63,480 nt of DNA from a virus. Its lineage: Duplodnaviria; Caudoviricetes. Below are positions 20,187 to 30,979 of this stretch, in pieces. The stretch lies in IMG/VR virus record IMGVR_UViG_3300042923_000762, positions 1 through 63,480 of that record. One strand, 5' to 3'. The position numbers were made by a program, and so were the translations under genes. The notes under the pieces are model-generated. The model searched no databases, was not told the origin of the DNA, and worked only from the letters and a program-made list of their open reading frames with translations. Position 1 is the first letter of the stretch. Every line of letters starts with the position of its first letter.

Positions 20187-20701
20187 TTTGGGCTGTTATC
20201 GCCCCCATCGGAAGGATTCACTACATTGTTAGCTTCGATAGCGGATTCATTCATTCTCTGGACCATTGCCTCATTGTCTTTTTCATTCGGCATTGATCCA
20301 TTCATAGAAGCCTGTAACTTCTTAACTACTTCAGGTAAATTAAGAGCAGTTAGCCAATGCCCTACAGTATACTTTGACAAAGTGTATCTAGTGGGCTCTC
20401 CAGTGATGGGATCTAACTCAACCTCATCATGTATTAAGCCTAACCATAAAACAGTTTTAATATCATTCATTGATCCACTAGATAATCTCGTTTGTGCTTC
20501 TTCCATGTTTCCGAAGAGATTTTCCATTTCTGCGAAAGCATTTAAGTCGAATCTAATATATCTGGATCTTCCCCCAAATTCACCAATATAAAAAGAACCC
20601 GGTTCTGTTCTAACATCACCCAAATTAGACACAGGAGTAACAGGGGCCGTAGTAGCCCCTGCTCCTGAGGTCTGCATAGGTACAACGTTGTTTGTTGTCA
20701 T
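20180..20701 (-). CDS. Tail assembly chaperone (gpG-like)
   Basis: IRFDLNAFAEME motif; lies between the major tail and tape measure genes. Confidence 0.8.
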   Translation of the reverse strand: MTTNNVVPMQTSGAGATTAPVTPVSNLGDVRTEPGSFYIGEFGGRSRYIRFDLNAFAEMENLFGNMEEAQTRLSSGSMNDIKTVLWLGLIHDEVELDPITGEPTRYTLSKYTVGHWLTALNLPEVVKKLQASMNGSMPNEKDNEAMVQRMNESAIEANNVVNPSDGGDNSPNP

Positions 20702-20729
20702 AATACATTCCTCCTCAATTAAAGATTAA

Positions 20730-21548
20730 TTACGCGGTAACAGTGACGGTACATGTGCCCGTCTTAGCTCCATCAAGTGAAGTAACAGTGATGGTAGCTG
20801 TACCTGCAGCTTTAGCTGTAATAACACCGTTAGCATCAACGGAAGCTTTTGTAGCATCGCTGGAGGTAAAAGTAACATGCTGATTTGTAGAATTCGTAGG
20901 AATTACTACATAACCTAACACATAAGCTGGATTAGAAGCTACGGACAAGGATAATGTTGCGGGTGCAACAGTTATACTTGCAACAGGTACAGAAGCACCA
21001 ACCATAGGTCCGTTGAACCAGTTAGTGATAGCGGTAGTAGATCCAGGAATATCCTGATCAGCTTGGCGCTTCCACTCATCATCAGAATCTCTTCTTACGA
21101 ATGCTCCCTTAATCGTAGGTGTCTTAAATTCGATTGAATCCGCTTTTGTAGCGAAATCATCTTCAGGTACAGTAAATTTACCTTTAGCTAACCACACATA
21201 ACGGTAGCTGCCATTGGATTTTAATGTTCTAAATCCGATTGCTAACCACGGCGCTACATCTGTAGCCTTAGACTTCAAGATACCTCCTGCAAGTGAAGCT
21301 CCTAAAAGAACTGACTGTGCATCTAAAGGAATATCTGCAAGATTCAATTCTAAGGAAATTTCACCTAAGGTTGCTGCAACATCTCCCGGGCCATCATCTG
21401 TGAACAGTGTAGCGGAAGAGGTATTAGGATTAACTGCGGCTGAAATAGCACCAGCCAATCTAACCGGAGCACCATATGTAGGAGTACCCCCTACCGGGTC
21501 GGTAAGTAATAAGGCGTAATAGACGTCTCTTAAACCAATTGTAGCCAT
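20730..21548 (-). CDS. Major tail protein with C-terminal Ig-like domain
   Basis: ATIGLRDVYYA, APWLAIGF, YVWLAKGKF; C-terminal VTFTSSD..ASVDANGVITA...GTATITVT. Confidence 0.9.
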   Translation of the reverse strand: MATIGLRDVYYALLLTDPVGGTPTYGAPVRLAGAISAAVNPNTSSATLFTDDGPGDVAATLGEISLELNLADIPLDAQSVLLGASLAGGILKSKATDVAPWLAIGFRTLKSNGSYRYVWLAKGKFTVPEDDFATKADSIEFKTPTIKGAFVRRDSDDEWKRQADQDIPGSTTAITNWFNGPMVGASVPVASITVAPATLSLSVASNPAYVLGYVVIPTNSTNQHVTFTSSDATKASVDANGVITAKAAGTATITVTSLDGAKTGTCTVTVTA

Positions 21549-21563
21549 GTTTTGTTCTCCTTC

Positions 21564-21977
21564 CTAAAAATTAGTTGTGATTGGTAATGACAAAGAATAG
21601 AGAACTCTACCCCTCTCATCATCATCTAGTTTCACTGGGCCTTTTCTTATGTCGAAAATAACCCAACAAGAACTACTCAAATCTTCAATTAGCTCAGGCC
21701 TATTCTTTAAAAAATTAAAGATTTTTTCAGCCTGAATTATGCACTGTTCATGATTAGCGTTTCTGATTATAAACTGAATTCTTCTTACCCCAGCTGTTTT
21801 ATTAACTAGTGTAGGTAAATTGCTTTCATACTCCCTAACCATAACAATATTATCTGGATCATCTGGTAAGTGCATTAAATAAGTTTTCTCCCTATCGACA
21901 TCAGCGTCTTGTACTTCAGGAGGTATAATATTAGCTGCACTGAGAAAAGTGACTAGGATCCTTAAAAATTCTAACAT
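21564..21977 (-). CDS. Putative tail terminator or completion protein
   Basis: Position; PDDPDN, IQFIIR and DERGR motifs. Confidence 0.65.
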   Translation of the reverse strand: MLEFLRILVTFLSAANIIPPEVQDADVDREKTYLMHLPDDPDNIVMVREYESNLPTLVNKTAGVRRIQFIIRNANHEQCIIQAEKIFNFLKNRPELIEDLSSSCWVIFDIRKGPVKLDDDERGRVLYSLSLPITTNF

Positions 21978-21986
21978 ATTACCTCC

Positions 21987-22403
21987 TTACATAGCACCCC
22001 GAATTTTATCTACAAGAATAGACTTAAATATTTCCGTATGAGCCATAGTAGCTTTTTCAAGCCACTTATCACCTTCTGGATTACTCCTTGAAGGTCTTTC
22101 ATGCCTGTCTACTGCATATGATGAAGTAGGAACACCCGTAGCGGGATTCATGGAGCTATCACCATAATTAATGATTGCATTGAACTGGTCATTTTCCATT
22201 AGGTCCTTCATGTAAGTTATTTTACCCGAAGCTTTAAGAGCTCCTGTTATTGTAGGGGTATTAGCTTGGGCTACTTCAAATACCTTTTCGGCAACCTCCA
22301 TAACACCCGTAATACCAGCAACTTCCATATTCTTTCGTGTGACGCTTAGGTTATGCGTCACTTGATTGATAGATGCCCCTGTGAGACCAATCTCAATTTT
22401 CAT
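21987..22403 (-). CDS. Neck or tail completion protein (HK97 gp10-like)
   Basis: TPTITGALKASG, YAVDRHE and KWLEKA motifs. Confidence 0.7.
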   Translation of the reverse strand: MKIEIGLTGASINQVTHNLSVTRKNMEVAGITGVMEVAEKVFEVAQANTPTITGALKASGKITYMKDLMENDQFNAIINYGDSSMNPATGVPTSSYAVDRHERPSRSNPEGDKWLEKATMAHTEIFKSILVDKIRGAM

Positions 22404-22726
22404 GGTAGGTATAATACCCCAAGAACTGCCTTACCTAGGGGACCGAAAAATACCTCACGTCTTATGATTCGTCTTTTACTAACGTTATCATATGTTATGG
22501 TATCAGCTGCAGTTATTTGCTGCGCCTGTTCTCCTAAAAGATAAAGCTGTACACTGGAGGTTTCCTCCTTCCCAAGAGAATTAATTACAACTTTTAATTC
22601 CTCTTTTTTATAACACTTAAAAGGTATTTCCGTTGTAGAAGTGGCATCCCCTAAACTATTAGAACCACCAGGTTTAATGGCTTTCCCCGCGAAATGAAAC
22701 ATTCTATCAATTACTCTTTGATCCAA
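22400..22726 (-). CDS. Putative head closure protein
   Basis: Position in the head-tail gene order; TTG start with RBS. Confidence 0.6.
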   Translation of the reverse strand: MDQRVIDRMFHFAGKAIKPGGSNSLGDATSTTEIPFKCYKKEELKVVINSLGKEETSSVQLYLLGEQAQQITAADTITYDNVSKRRIIRREVFFGPLGKAVLGVLYLP

Positions 22727-22727
22727 G

Positions 22728-23117
22728 CTACTCACCTTCCGTTCTAATACAACAATTAACACTCATCATGTCATAGTTAAATATGGGGGCTGTCATGGGG
22801 GCTTCTGCTATAGGACTATGCATACCCATCACTTGTACCTTTAAATCACTACGAATTTTATGTAATTGCTCTAATCTTGAACTCTGGCTCTCACTATAGG
22901 GACCTAAAGTAAAATCAGGTAAAGTGCTAAATTTATTGATTATGACATCAATACAATCAACACATGTGGCCGGGACATTATTCTGATGTAAAGAGAGGAA
23001 ATAATCTATCTCCTCATCAAGTACAGATTGATCAGTTTGAACCGTATCACCAATACGTAAACGAACCTGATCTTTGGGACTATCGGCTAAATTGGTTATA
23101 CTATATGACCAAGCCAT
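22728..23117 (-). CDS. Head-tail adaptor
   Basis: DQVRLRIGDT...LDEEIDYFL motif. Confidence 0.75.
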   Translation of the reverse strand: MAWSYSITNLADSPKDQVRLRIGDTVQTDQSVLDEEIDYFLSLHQNNVPATCVDCIDVIINKFSTLPDFTLGPYSESQSSRLEQLHKIRSDLKVQVMGMHSPIAEAPMTAPIFNYDMMSVNCCIRTEGE

Positions 23118-23129
23118 ATTAGCACCCCC

Positions 23130-23420
23130 TTACGCTTGTTCTTTGTTTGTGGTTAAGGGCTTAACCGTTGACGTACCATTGAGTGGCTTAGGCGAAGCTA
23201 CTTTCGTTTCGCTTACAGTGCCCGGAGAAGTTGGAGTCTTAACAGGCGATGTACCTGAAATAGTCTTTGCTACTTCAGGTACTTCCTTTGTCCCTATTCT
23301 ACTCGGGTATAATACCCGAAACCTTTCCTTTTCAGTAAAGGTTTCAGGTAATAACTCACCCTCTAAATACATCTTACCTTTGTATTTAACAGATTGTCTT
23401 TCGACGAAGTATCTTAACAT
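23130..23420 (-). CDS. Hypothetical protein after the major capsid gene
   Basis: Coupled to the capsid stop; Thr/Pro-rich tail. Confidence 0.65.
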   Translation of the reverse strand: MLRYFVERQSVKYKGKMYLEGELLPETFTEKERFRVLYPSRIGTKEVPEVAKTISGTSPVKTPTSPGTVSETKVASPKPLNGTSTVKPLTTNKEQA

Positions 23421-24403
23421 TAAGCAGCAGATACAGCACCGGAAATGAATGCTCCGAGATCAGCTGCAACAACTTTCATGTCGTAAGCTAATTCGCATTC
23501 AATTCTCTCAGTACCGATACCAAGTGCAGGCATTGCGAATCTGTTGATTCTTCCGCCTAAAGCATTTGCGCCCATTAAGCCCTTCCAAACAAAGGTATAA
23601 CCTGCTGAAGCTGTCTTTAACTTAGGTGCCGGTGGAGCATAAGTTAAAAGTGCATTGTTGCCAAGGATGAATTTCATGTCAGCTGCCTGACCCTTAGCTG
23701 CAACGTTCTGGATAGCGTTAGCTACCAAGATTCTCTCAACGTCGAACAAAGTTGCTAACAGATCAAGAGTGATAACGCCCTTCTGTGTGAACTTAATTCT
23801 GTCGAGGATGTCCGGATGCTGACGAAGAGCATCGTAAACACGTCTACCGATAGTAAGAGTGTTAGGTCTCTTGCCTGTTAACTGGGACATATTGGTTGCC
23901 ATATCCGCGATATCCTTGATAGGATCGGAAGTGGAATAATTATCCCAGAATACAGGATGACCAGCGGATGCTGTGGAAGCACCGGAAAGATCCTGAGCCC
24001 ATACACCAGCCTTGAAATACTTGTTAGCCCAGTTGTTCTCTTTGTTGAGCTTGATCTTATCAACAACGAAATCAACAGCATCTTCATCCGGGGTAAGCGG
24101 ATCGTCAGAATTGACACGATCTTCTTCAAACACATCTTTATGGTACGCGTACTTCTTACAGAAGTATGTAGGTGTGTTATCTACGTCGTAGTCGCCGCCA
24201 GCGGATTCAGTTCCAAGTGCACGCTCTTTAGCGTCGTCACGGAACCAATCCTCTTTTTCATACATGAAGTATCTGTCTGACTGTTTCATAACCCCTACCT
24301 GAGGGAATACTTGATCCGCAATAAAGTTTGACGGATCCTGCATGTACTTGACACTCATTTGGGTGAGCGCCTTATCAATATGCTGATCTGCTCTGTTAGC
24401 CAT
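23420..24403 (-). CDS. Major capsid protein
   Basis: 327 aa, FIADQVFP and YDALRQHPDIL motifs; position; expression-biased codons. Confidence 0.88.
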   Translation of the reverse strand: MANRADQHIDKALTQMSVKYMQDPSNFIADQVFPQVGVMKQSDRYFMYEKEDWFRDDAKERALGTESAGGDYDVDNTPTYFCKKYAYHKDVFEEDRVNSDDPLTPDEDAVDFVVDKIKLNKENNWANKYFKAGVWAQDLSGASTASAGHPVFWDNYSTSDPIKDIADMATNMSQLTGKRPNTLTIGRRVYDALRQHPDILDRIKFTQKGVITLDLLATLFDVERILVANAIQNVAAKGQAADMKFILGNNALLTYAPPAPKLKTASAGYTFVWKGLMGANALGGRINRFAMPALGIGTERIECELAYDMKVVAADLGAFISGAVSAA

Positions 24404-24438
24404 ATTACTCTGTACCTCCTAATTTTTTATAGTATTGA

Positions 24439-24807
24439 TTAGATTACTCCGCCGAAGCCAATAAGCACGGGGATAATGTCACCTGCAGCAGTAGCAGCTG
24501 CGAGAGCTGTACCATTCACAGTGTTAGTGGAAACTGCCGTTTTAACTGTGCCAGCAGCACCTGCAGCTACTTTAGCACCAGCAGCAATAGGAGCTTCCGC
24601 TTTAGCCATAGTCACACCATTGATCATGACTTGGCCAGCTTCTCCAGAAATAACTTCATTCTGTAAGAAACCTATTGTTTTTTCACCCGCTGCACATACA
24701 TCGAATGTATCTTCTGCGGTTACTTTAACTGCACTGTACTTCTTACCAGCCATACTAGCTGCAGCCTTTAATGAAATTGTTTGGCCTTTGATTTCATAAG
24801 CACTCAT
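24439..24807 (-). CDS. Head decoration or capsid cement protein
   Basis: Ala/Gly-rich; GTALAAATAAGDIIPV; precedes the capsid gene. Confidence 0.75.
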   Translation of the reverse strand: MSAYEIKGQTISLKAAASMAGKKYSAVKVTAEDTFDVCAAGEKTIGFLQNEVISGEAGQVMINGVTMAKAEAPIAAGAKVAAGAAGTVKTAVSTNTVNGTALAAATAAGDIIPVLIGFGGVI

Positions 24808-24838
24808 TTTAGTACCTCCTTGTTAAATTTGGGATTGA

Positions 24839-26266
24839 TTAATCTTCATTTCTGTAACGCTCGTACAGATCAGGATTAGCAGCTGCAACATTTTTAAGTG
24901 CTGTATTGTAATCCATTCCTTCGTTGTCAGCCTGAAGAGCGGTGATCTTCTGCTGCAACTCATCATATGCTGATGTAGGAGCTTCTGCACTGCCGCCATC
25001 AGAGCCAGTAGGCTTAAATGTCAAACCAACTGCGTTATTAGCTACTGTGAATAGGGATTCAATAGTAGCGAAAGCATCAGGACAAGCATTCTTGATTGTG
25101 AACAGGGCAGTTACATGGGAATCTTCGATAGGAAGATTACCTGCTGCTGTTGCAATGGTGTTTTTAAATTCACCGAAGGCTTGCTCTCTTTTTGAAGCAT
25201 CAAGAGCATCCTGAGCCAACTTAGCTGTAGCTCTTGCATCCAAAACTGCCTGTCTTGCATTTTCAGGTAAAGAATTAAGGAATGCTGCGTCCTCATCCTC
25301 TACATGATTCTGTGCTTCCAGTGTTTGGATTTTCTCATTAGCAGTGGCTAACTCACTTTCTTTCGTCTGTAAGTTAGTGGTAGCTGTAGTTAACTGATCT
25401 GTTACAGTTTGTAACTGATTAGTTAACGTAGTCAATTGTGCACCAACTTGGTTAGTTGCGTCAGCTATTGAATTATTAATCAATGTGCGTTCGTCTTCAC
25501 CAAGACTGGCTAAAAACTCTTCCAGTGTCTTTGGCATATCTTTACCTCCTTCATTTTTTACAGGTGTATGATTTTGATTCTGGACCTCAGATAACTTGGC
25601 TCTCAGCTTATCTGGTTCTACGAAATTGCTAAAACAAAAATCTACACCGCCATAATTGAACATATCGTCTTGAATGTTTTTAACCATCTTATCGATTTCA
25701 TCCATCGGTGCTTCGTCTACAACATCTGCAAAACCATAAGCAAGTGCCTCATCGGCTGTTAGCCACTCCTCGTGATCAATCATCTGTGTAAGTTGCTCAT
25801 CCGTAATCTTTACCTTTATTTTGTAAGTCATACGAATAAGATCTTCTACTTTACCAAGTACTTCAATCCCTTTTGCCATATCGTGTTTATTGCCTTGTAC
25901 TTTAGACATGGGAAGATGAATCATGTATAGCCCGGAAACAGATATATGTCTAACGTCGCCTGCCATATGTATAATGGTAGCAGCGGAAGCACACATAGCT
26001 TCTGCATATGTATGCACTTCAGCCGGATGTCTCTTCAACTGTTGTGCGATAGCAATTGCGGCAAATACTTCTCCACCTCCACTATTAATGTAAACATTAA
26101 TACGTTTGGCTTCAGGATATCTCTGTAAATCTTTGATAAAGTCTTTTTCTACGACATCATATTCTGAACCAAACATTGATTTGTTTTTCATGATGTTTCC
26201 ATAAACATACATGTTCAGAATAGTTTTGTCTTTGAGGCTTGAACTCAAATTCCAAAAATTAGGCAT
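24839..26266 (-). CDS. ClpP-type prohead protease fused to a scaffold
   Basis: INSGGGEVF, CASAAT, MIHLP, WLTADEALAYGFAD; C-terminal coiled coil. Confidence 0.9.
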   Translation of the reverse strand: MPNFWNLSSSLKDKTILNMYVYGNIMKNKSMFGSEYDVVEKDFIKDLQRYPEAKRINVYINSGGGEVFAAIAIAQQLKRHPAEVHTYAEAMCASAATIIHMAGDVRHISVSGLYMIHLPMSKVQGNKHDMAKGIEVLGKVEDLIRMTYKIKVKITDEQLTQMIDHEEWLTADEALAYGFADVVDEAPMDEIDKMVKNIQDDMFNYGGVDFCFSNFVEPDKLRAKLSEVQNQNHTPVKNEGGKDMPKTLEEFLASLGEDERTLINNSIADATNQVGAQLTTLTNQLQTVTDQLTTATTNLQTKESELATANEKIQTLEAQNHVEDEDAAFLNSLPENARQAVLDARATAKLAQDALDASKREQAFGEFKNTIATAAGNLPIEDSHVTALFTIKNACPDAFATIESLFTVANNAVGLTFKPTGSDGGSAEAPTSAYDELQQKITALQADNEGMDYNTALKNVAAANPDLYERYRNED

Positions 26267-27707
26267 CTTTTTTACCTCCCTCTGTTACATCGTCATTGCT
26301 TGGATCATCTTTGGGATCCTTAGGGGGCTCAGTAGGTGTTGTAGCTGCCTTTTTTGCTATTTCACGACTTTCATCGTCTTCCTCTGCTTCAGGTAAATTA
26401 GCTACTTTACGTAGATAATTCTCTAAATCGAGGTCGGGGAATAAAGGCATCTTTGCTCCTGATAGAGCTCTTATGTAATCACCAAGTTCTTTTAGATCTG
26501 GTGCAATGACTGAAGTTACTTTAATCTTGGGAAGTTTCTTAACTTTGAAGGTATTTAATGCAAACAAACGCGGAATTGCGATTTCATTGAAAATGTCTAC
26601 TGTGTTTGAAAGTTGGGCATCCAATGCGGCAGCCAACATACTTTGTTTTACTTTTGCTAAAGCAAAAGAACCAACTTTGTCGGCGCCTAACATTACAATA
26701 TCAGCTAACATTGTAATGGCAATACGTTGATCGTAGCGATTGATGATTGCATTTGTATCAAATTGTCTTGAACTTTTTGAACTGAGAAGTTCTAAAGTCC
26801 ATCCAAAAGGAAGAACCACACCTTCATTGCGGTCTCTTCTGATACTGGTTACTAGTTGTAAAGCATTGTTCTTTGCTGTGATAGCCTGTTGATTACTAAC
26901 ATCAAAGATATCAACGCCATCTGGAGTAGTGACCACAGGCAAACCAGCCAGGTCCCTCTCAATCCCTATCCCCTCTACCTCTTCAATATGCTTCTTAAAG
27001 AACCAAGGGCGATATGCTCCGCGCAAAAATGACTTACCCTCAGGGTTGTTTCTTGCGGTAGTGGTTCTAAATAACAAACCTCGTTCAATAGGAATAAATA
27101 CAGTACCGTGATCGGTATACTGATGCATTCCTCTGATGCTACCTAAATCATCAATTTCCCAGGAGTGTAATGTTCTTTGCGATCTACCTGCAATTTTACG
27201 CCAACCAATACGATTATCATCATACTTACTTGTCATATTTTTGTTCTTATCACCTGTTCGTTTCTTATAAACAATCTCATGATAAGACCACCCATATTCA
27301 AAGAAAGATAAAATGTCATCGACTAAGGAAGACCAGGTCATGTTCAAGTCATTCATACATGACTTTAAAAATTCCTCTGCTTCTAAATCTTCGGGAGAGT
27401 CTGAAGCAGCTTCCGTTGTCCAAGTAACATTTCGTATTAATTGTCTAGAAACCATTAAAATTGCGGTAATTACGGGGTCATTATTGCTCATTTCTTGATA
27501 AATTTCACCAGCTCTAGGCCAGCGTAATTTAGGAAGAAATTCTTCGGAAATCCATCCAGAATTGGCACTTAATCCGGAATTTCCTTTCTCGCTGAAATCA
27601 GGAGATTGTACTTTACTCGGAGCTGCCAAAGGGATTTCTTTGGATTCTTGTGTGGGCTCTTGAGGTGGTGGAGCTGTTTTGTTATTGAATATACCCAAAA
27701 TTCTCAC
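26259..27707 (-). CDS. Portal protein
   Basis: NPEGKSFLRGAYRPW, GIERDLAGLP and GSFAL motifs; downstream of TerL. Confidence 0.88.
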   Translation of the reverse strand: MRILGIFNNKTAPPPQEPTQESKEIPLAAPSKVQSPDFSEKGNSGLSANSGWISEEFLPKLRWPRAGEIYQEMSNNDPVITAILMVSRQLIRNVTWTTEAASDSPEDLEAEEFLKSCMNDLNMTWSSLVDDILSFFEYGWSYHEIVYKKRTGDKNKNMTSKYDDNRIGWRKIAGRSQRTLHSWEIDDLGSIRGMHQYTDHGTVFIPIERGLLFRTTTARNNPEGKSFLRGAYRPWFFKKHIEEVEGIGIERDLAGLPVVTTPDGVDIFDVSNQQAITAKNNALQLVTSIRRDRNEGVVLPFGWTLELLSSKSSRQFDTNAIINRYDQRIAITMLADIVMLGADKVGSFALAKVKQSMLAAALDAQLSNTVDIFNEIAIPRLFALNTFKVKKLPKIKVTSVIAPDLKELGDYIRALSGAKMPLFPDLDLENYLRKVANLPEAEEDDESREIAKKAATTPTEPPKDPKDDPSNDDVTEGGKKDA

Positions 27708-29221
27708 CTCCCGAAATTACTATATGAAAAATATCCGGCTCCGAGATCATTCTCAGAAGCGAATACGTTTTCAACTTCTTCATTCTTGTGTAGAATGAGT
27801 GGCGCACCATTAGGTTTAGGAGCTCCTAACTCGTTAAACGCGCCTGAGAACCCGTCGACAAGATCGTCGTGGATTCCTCCTGGGAAAGACTCTGCTTCAC
27901 TGAAGAATTTGTCAATGTTACGGCATCCGCGAAGGTACTTTATTTGACCTCTTTCAGCGGCAGCAGAAGCTTGTTTGGCTCTTGTTGCTTTATCACCTGT
28001 TGTATGATTTCCATCATAATTGTATCCTTGGAATAGTGTACGTTGCTTTAAGCTAATTACACCGATACCTGAGGAACCAGGTTCTTGCTCTTCTCGGATT
28101 AATGTACTATGCCCATCTGCAATAGCGATATTCTTTTGAATTTTCTCAGTGCCTTCTGGGCGCATTTGTACATGTTCTATGTCTTCTATGTAGTAGATAC
28201 CTTGGTACTCACTCATTAATACACCTGCAGTAAAGTCAGGTTCGTTGGATTTGTTTTTCTTCTTAGCCTTTTCAGGATCGGAAGCGGCCATATCCCAATA
28301 TCTAATACGCCTTCTACCTGGAGGCAAGAAATCAACCGCCTGAAACCAATCCCTTTTAAACATATTACCTTTACGTACTATTTCCCAGTTACCATCGCGA
28401 AGACGTGTTCTAGTAACAGGATCTAGTTCGTTAAGTGACTCCTCATACTCTTTTTTATCCAGGTATGGATTATCATCTAAGCCAGCTGGGATAAAGATAC
28501 GGCCCTTTGCAGGACCTTCATCAATGTATCGGGTTTTAACCCAAATACCACTATCATCATCCGGAGGATTGCTTGCACCTCTAACTCTTAATGGTACGTT
28601 GAATCCTTTAAGACGACGAAGTCGGGAGAACATGTAAATGTAATTGGACTTATCGAAGTGAGTTAACTCATCGAAGCCAATATACTGGTACTCACCGCCC
28701 TGATAGTTATACTTATCATTAACACCTTCTAAGTAACCGAACTGTAAAATAGAGATGGTTTCTTTATGGGGCCCGTAAGCCTGCTGAAATTCCATCTTCT
28801 TTTCTTTGTCGTTCCAACGTACGTCATTATGAGGAAATAACCAATCTTTTGCTCTATCAATAAGAGCTCCAGGTTTAGTTAAGTCGGCGTATGTCTTACG
28901 AAAGATAATGCCTGCGTATCCCTTAACTCCTACATACTGCAAGCCTCCCATAAGGAGTGCATCTGATTTACCTCCACCAGCTGCTCCACCATAAAATGCC
29001 TCTTTGCAATTCAGGAGGAGGAAGGCCGATTGCTTAGGAGTTGGTACATGAGGGATGTATTTATTCATTTTAGGCGTAAGCAGCCTTTGGAGGTCCATTA
29101 AATCCGAGTGTCTGATCTGTTTGAGATCGATATTTCCCATCGGGGTATTCTGAACGAAATCTTGAATACCTAACTTTTGTTCTGCTGCTAACCCCTCAAA
29201 ACCACTAATTGGTTTAGCCAT
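27704..29221 (-). CDS. terL: Terminase large subunit
   Basis: YGGAAGGGKS Walker A, GFDELTHF Walker B, RYWDMA and HDDLVD nuclease motifs. Confidence 0.95.
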   Translation of the reverse strand: MAKPISGFEGLAAEQKLGIQDFVQNTPMGNIDLKQIRHSDLMDLQRLLTPKMNKYIPHVPTPKQSAFLLLNCKEAFYGGAAGGGKSDALLMGGLQYVGVKGYAGIIFRKTYADLTKPGALIDRAKDWLFPHNDVRWNDKEKKMEFQQAYGPHKETISILQFGYLEGVNDKYNYQGGEYQYIGFDELTHFDKSNYIYMFSRLRRLKGFNVPLRVRGASNPPDDDSGIWVKTRYIDEGPAKGRIFIPAGLDDNPYLDKKEYEESLNELDPVTRTRLRDGNWEIVRKGNMFKRDWFQAVDFLPPGRRRIRYWDMAASDPEKAKKKNKSNEPDFTAGVLMSEYQGIYYIEDIEHVQMRPEGTEKIQKNIAIADGHSTLIREEQEPGSSGIGVISLKQRTLFQGYNYDGNHTTGDKATRAKQASAAAERGQIKYLRGCRNIDKFFSEAESFPGGIHDDLVDGFSGAFNELGAPKPNGAPLILHKNEEVENVFASENDLGAGYFSYSNFGR

Positions 29222-30338
29222 TAATATCATCCTCCTCAACAATTGGAGCATCTATGATACCATCGTCAACTAACTCTGAGTTAACTGCAGTAGCCATAGC
29301 TCCACTGGCTTGTAACACGTGAAGGATAGATAAGAGGTTCTTCTCATCTTTGAGATTCTCCTGTAGCTGCCGTTCTACAGCACTCGCGCCGCCTTGTGTA
29401 TTGCCCCCAATACTGGCGTTGACATTCATCATTTGGTCCGCCTTATTATTGGTCGTGGTGTTGTATATCGACAATGTAGTCTGATTGGCAGCTACAGAAG
29501 ATCCTGGTTTATCACCCTGTAAGCCTAAACTTACACGGCTCATTTTGAAAGCTAATTCAGCCAAAGAGATAGCATCCTTTGGTGTGATGTTATTTGCCTG
29601 TTTGGTTAAGAATTCGGTAGCAGTCTTAAATAATGCATTAGCAGCTTTAAGGTGATCCGATTCAAGAATCTGTATTTGCTGTTGGCGACGTTTCTGGATT
29701 TGAACTTCCATGTACCTATCATAGAGGGTACATCTATCTGTCCAAGAATATAACTTAGCCAACGTAGTTAGTAACTTTCCGGGTAAACTTAACATTGTAG
29801 CTAAGCCCCCTATGGTGCGGCGGAGGATTACATATTCTCCGTTATCAAGCATCGAATAGCGCATATCGCGATACATTTTAAATACATTGTAAAAATCAAT
29901 ACGCTCTCCTCCAAGGCGTTCCCAGATCGGAAGGCCCTCAATTGTTGGAAAGTAATCAATACTCTCAATTTTGTCTACGGAACGCTGGATTACGTCCTCG
30001 GTGAGGTCGTTTACGTTTTCTATGTAAGGGATTTGTTCAGCAATAAGCGTAGGTTTCACTATTGCCACAATATCGTCTTTATTTAAGTTTTGCTGTAATT
30101 GGCATACTATTTTAGCAAGTTTCTGCAAGTACGCAGTAACTTCAAGGGTTCTTAAAGCGGAACACTGATTCACCTGTTCAGGTGAAACGTTAAACTTTAA
30201 CGTACCAGTAGTATAGCCTGCGAAGCCAGCGTATTTATTCTGATTTTCTTCTAGTGGTGTTGGAAGCAAGCTAACGTTGCCGCTTTGACTACCCTCAAGA
30301 AATGTAAAGTCTGGTGCTAATTGACTTAGTGCTTGCAT
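29214..30338 (-). CDS. Putative terminase small subunit (large, 374 aa)
   Basis: WERLGGE...F..YRD...YSWTDR..YD motif; directly upstream of terL. Confidence 0.65.
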   Translation of the reverse strand: MQALSQLAPDFTFLEGSQSGNVSLLPTPLEENQNKYAGFAGYTTGTLKFNVSPEQVNQCSALRTLEVTAYLQKLAKIVCQLQQNLNKDDIVAIVKPTLIAEQIPYIENVNDLTEDVIQRSVDKIESIDYFPTIEGLPIWERLGGERIDFYNVFKMYRDMRYSMLDNGEYVILRRTIGGLATMLSLPGKLLTTLAKLYSWTDRCTLYDRYMEVQIQKRRQQQIQILESDHLKAANALFKTATEFLTKQANNITPKDAISLAELAFKMSRVSLGLQGDKPGSSVAANQTTLSIYNTTTNNKADQMMNVNASIGGNTQGGASAVERQLQENLKDEKNLLSILHVLQASGAMATAVNSELVDDGIIDAPIVEEDDING

Positions 30339-30420
30339 TCGATTCACCTCCAATTCTGTATTTGTAACAAGCGAAGCTGTTAAGACGTTTGGTTCCGTCT
30401 ATCAATCTCCCTATATTAAT

Positions 30421-30450
30421 ATAATACGAAAAATTCTAGTATTATTAACG
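30421..30450 (-). promoter_or_regulatory. Phage-type promoter CGTTAATAAT-N14-TATTAT heading the late block
   Basis: Matches six other intergenic copies with identical spacing. Confidence 0.75.
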
Positions 30451-30979
30451 TAGGAGACAAAGAATATTTTAAAATTTTGTTATTTTGTTCCGTAGGCGCT
30501 CTGAGTAACCCTTTACTTGTACATGTGACGGAGTACGTTAATATGTAATAAAATCTTGTTGTCTCCAGTGTTTTACATTTTGGCCCTTGTTGGGTATTTT
30601 TAAAACCTGTTTTATCCCTTGTTCGTGTATTTTGGAATCGCTACGCATGCCCAGTGTCACATCATTGGACATAACATGTGTCTCCAGATTAACGAGAGGA
30701 AATGTACGCCAGGACCCTAAGGGCCGCGTCGTAGGAGAAAGTACTGCGATGCTTTTCTAGGAATCGGTTACTCTTGGAATCGATTACTCTATTATCACAT
30801 TAATTGATCACTACTCTTCTCTTTTAATGAATGAATCTCTATAATTAATTCATCCTTTTTTGATAGGAATAGTCTACATATTTTATTTCATCCTTTATTG
30901 ATATGAATAGAATAGTTTCTAAGAGTAATCATATCTATCCTCTATGACATAGATGTCATATATGATATAGATGTATAAC

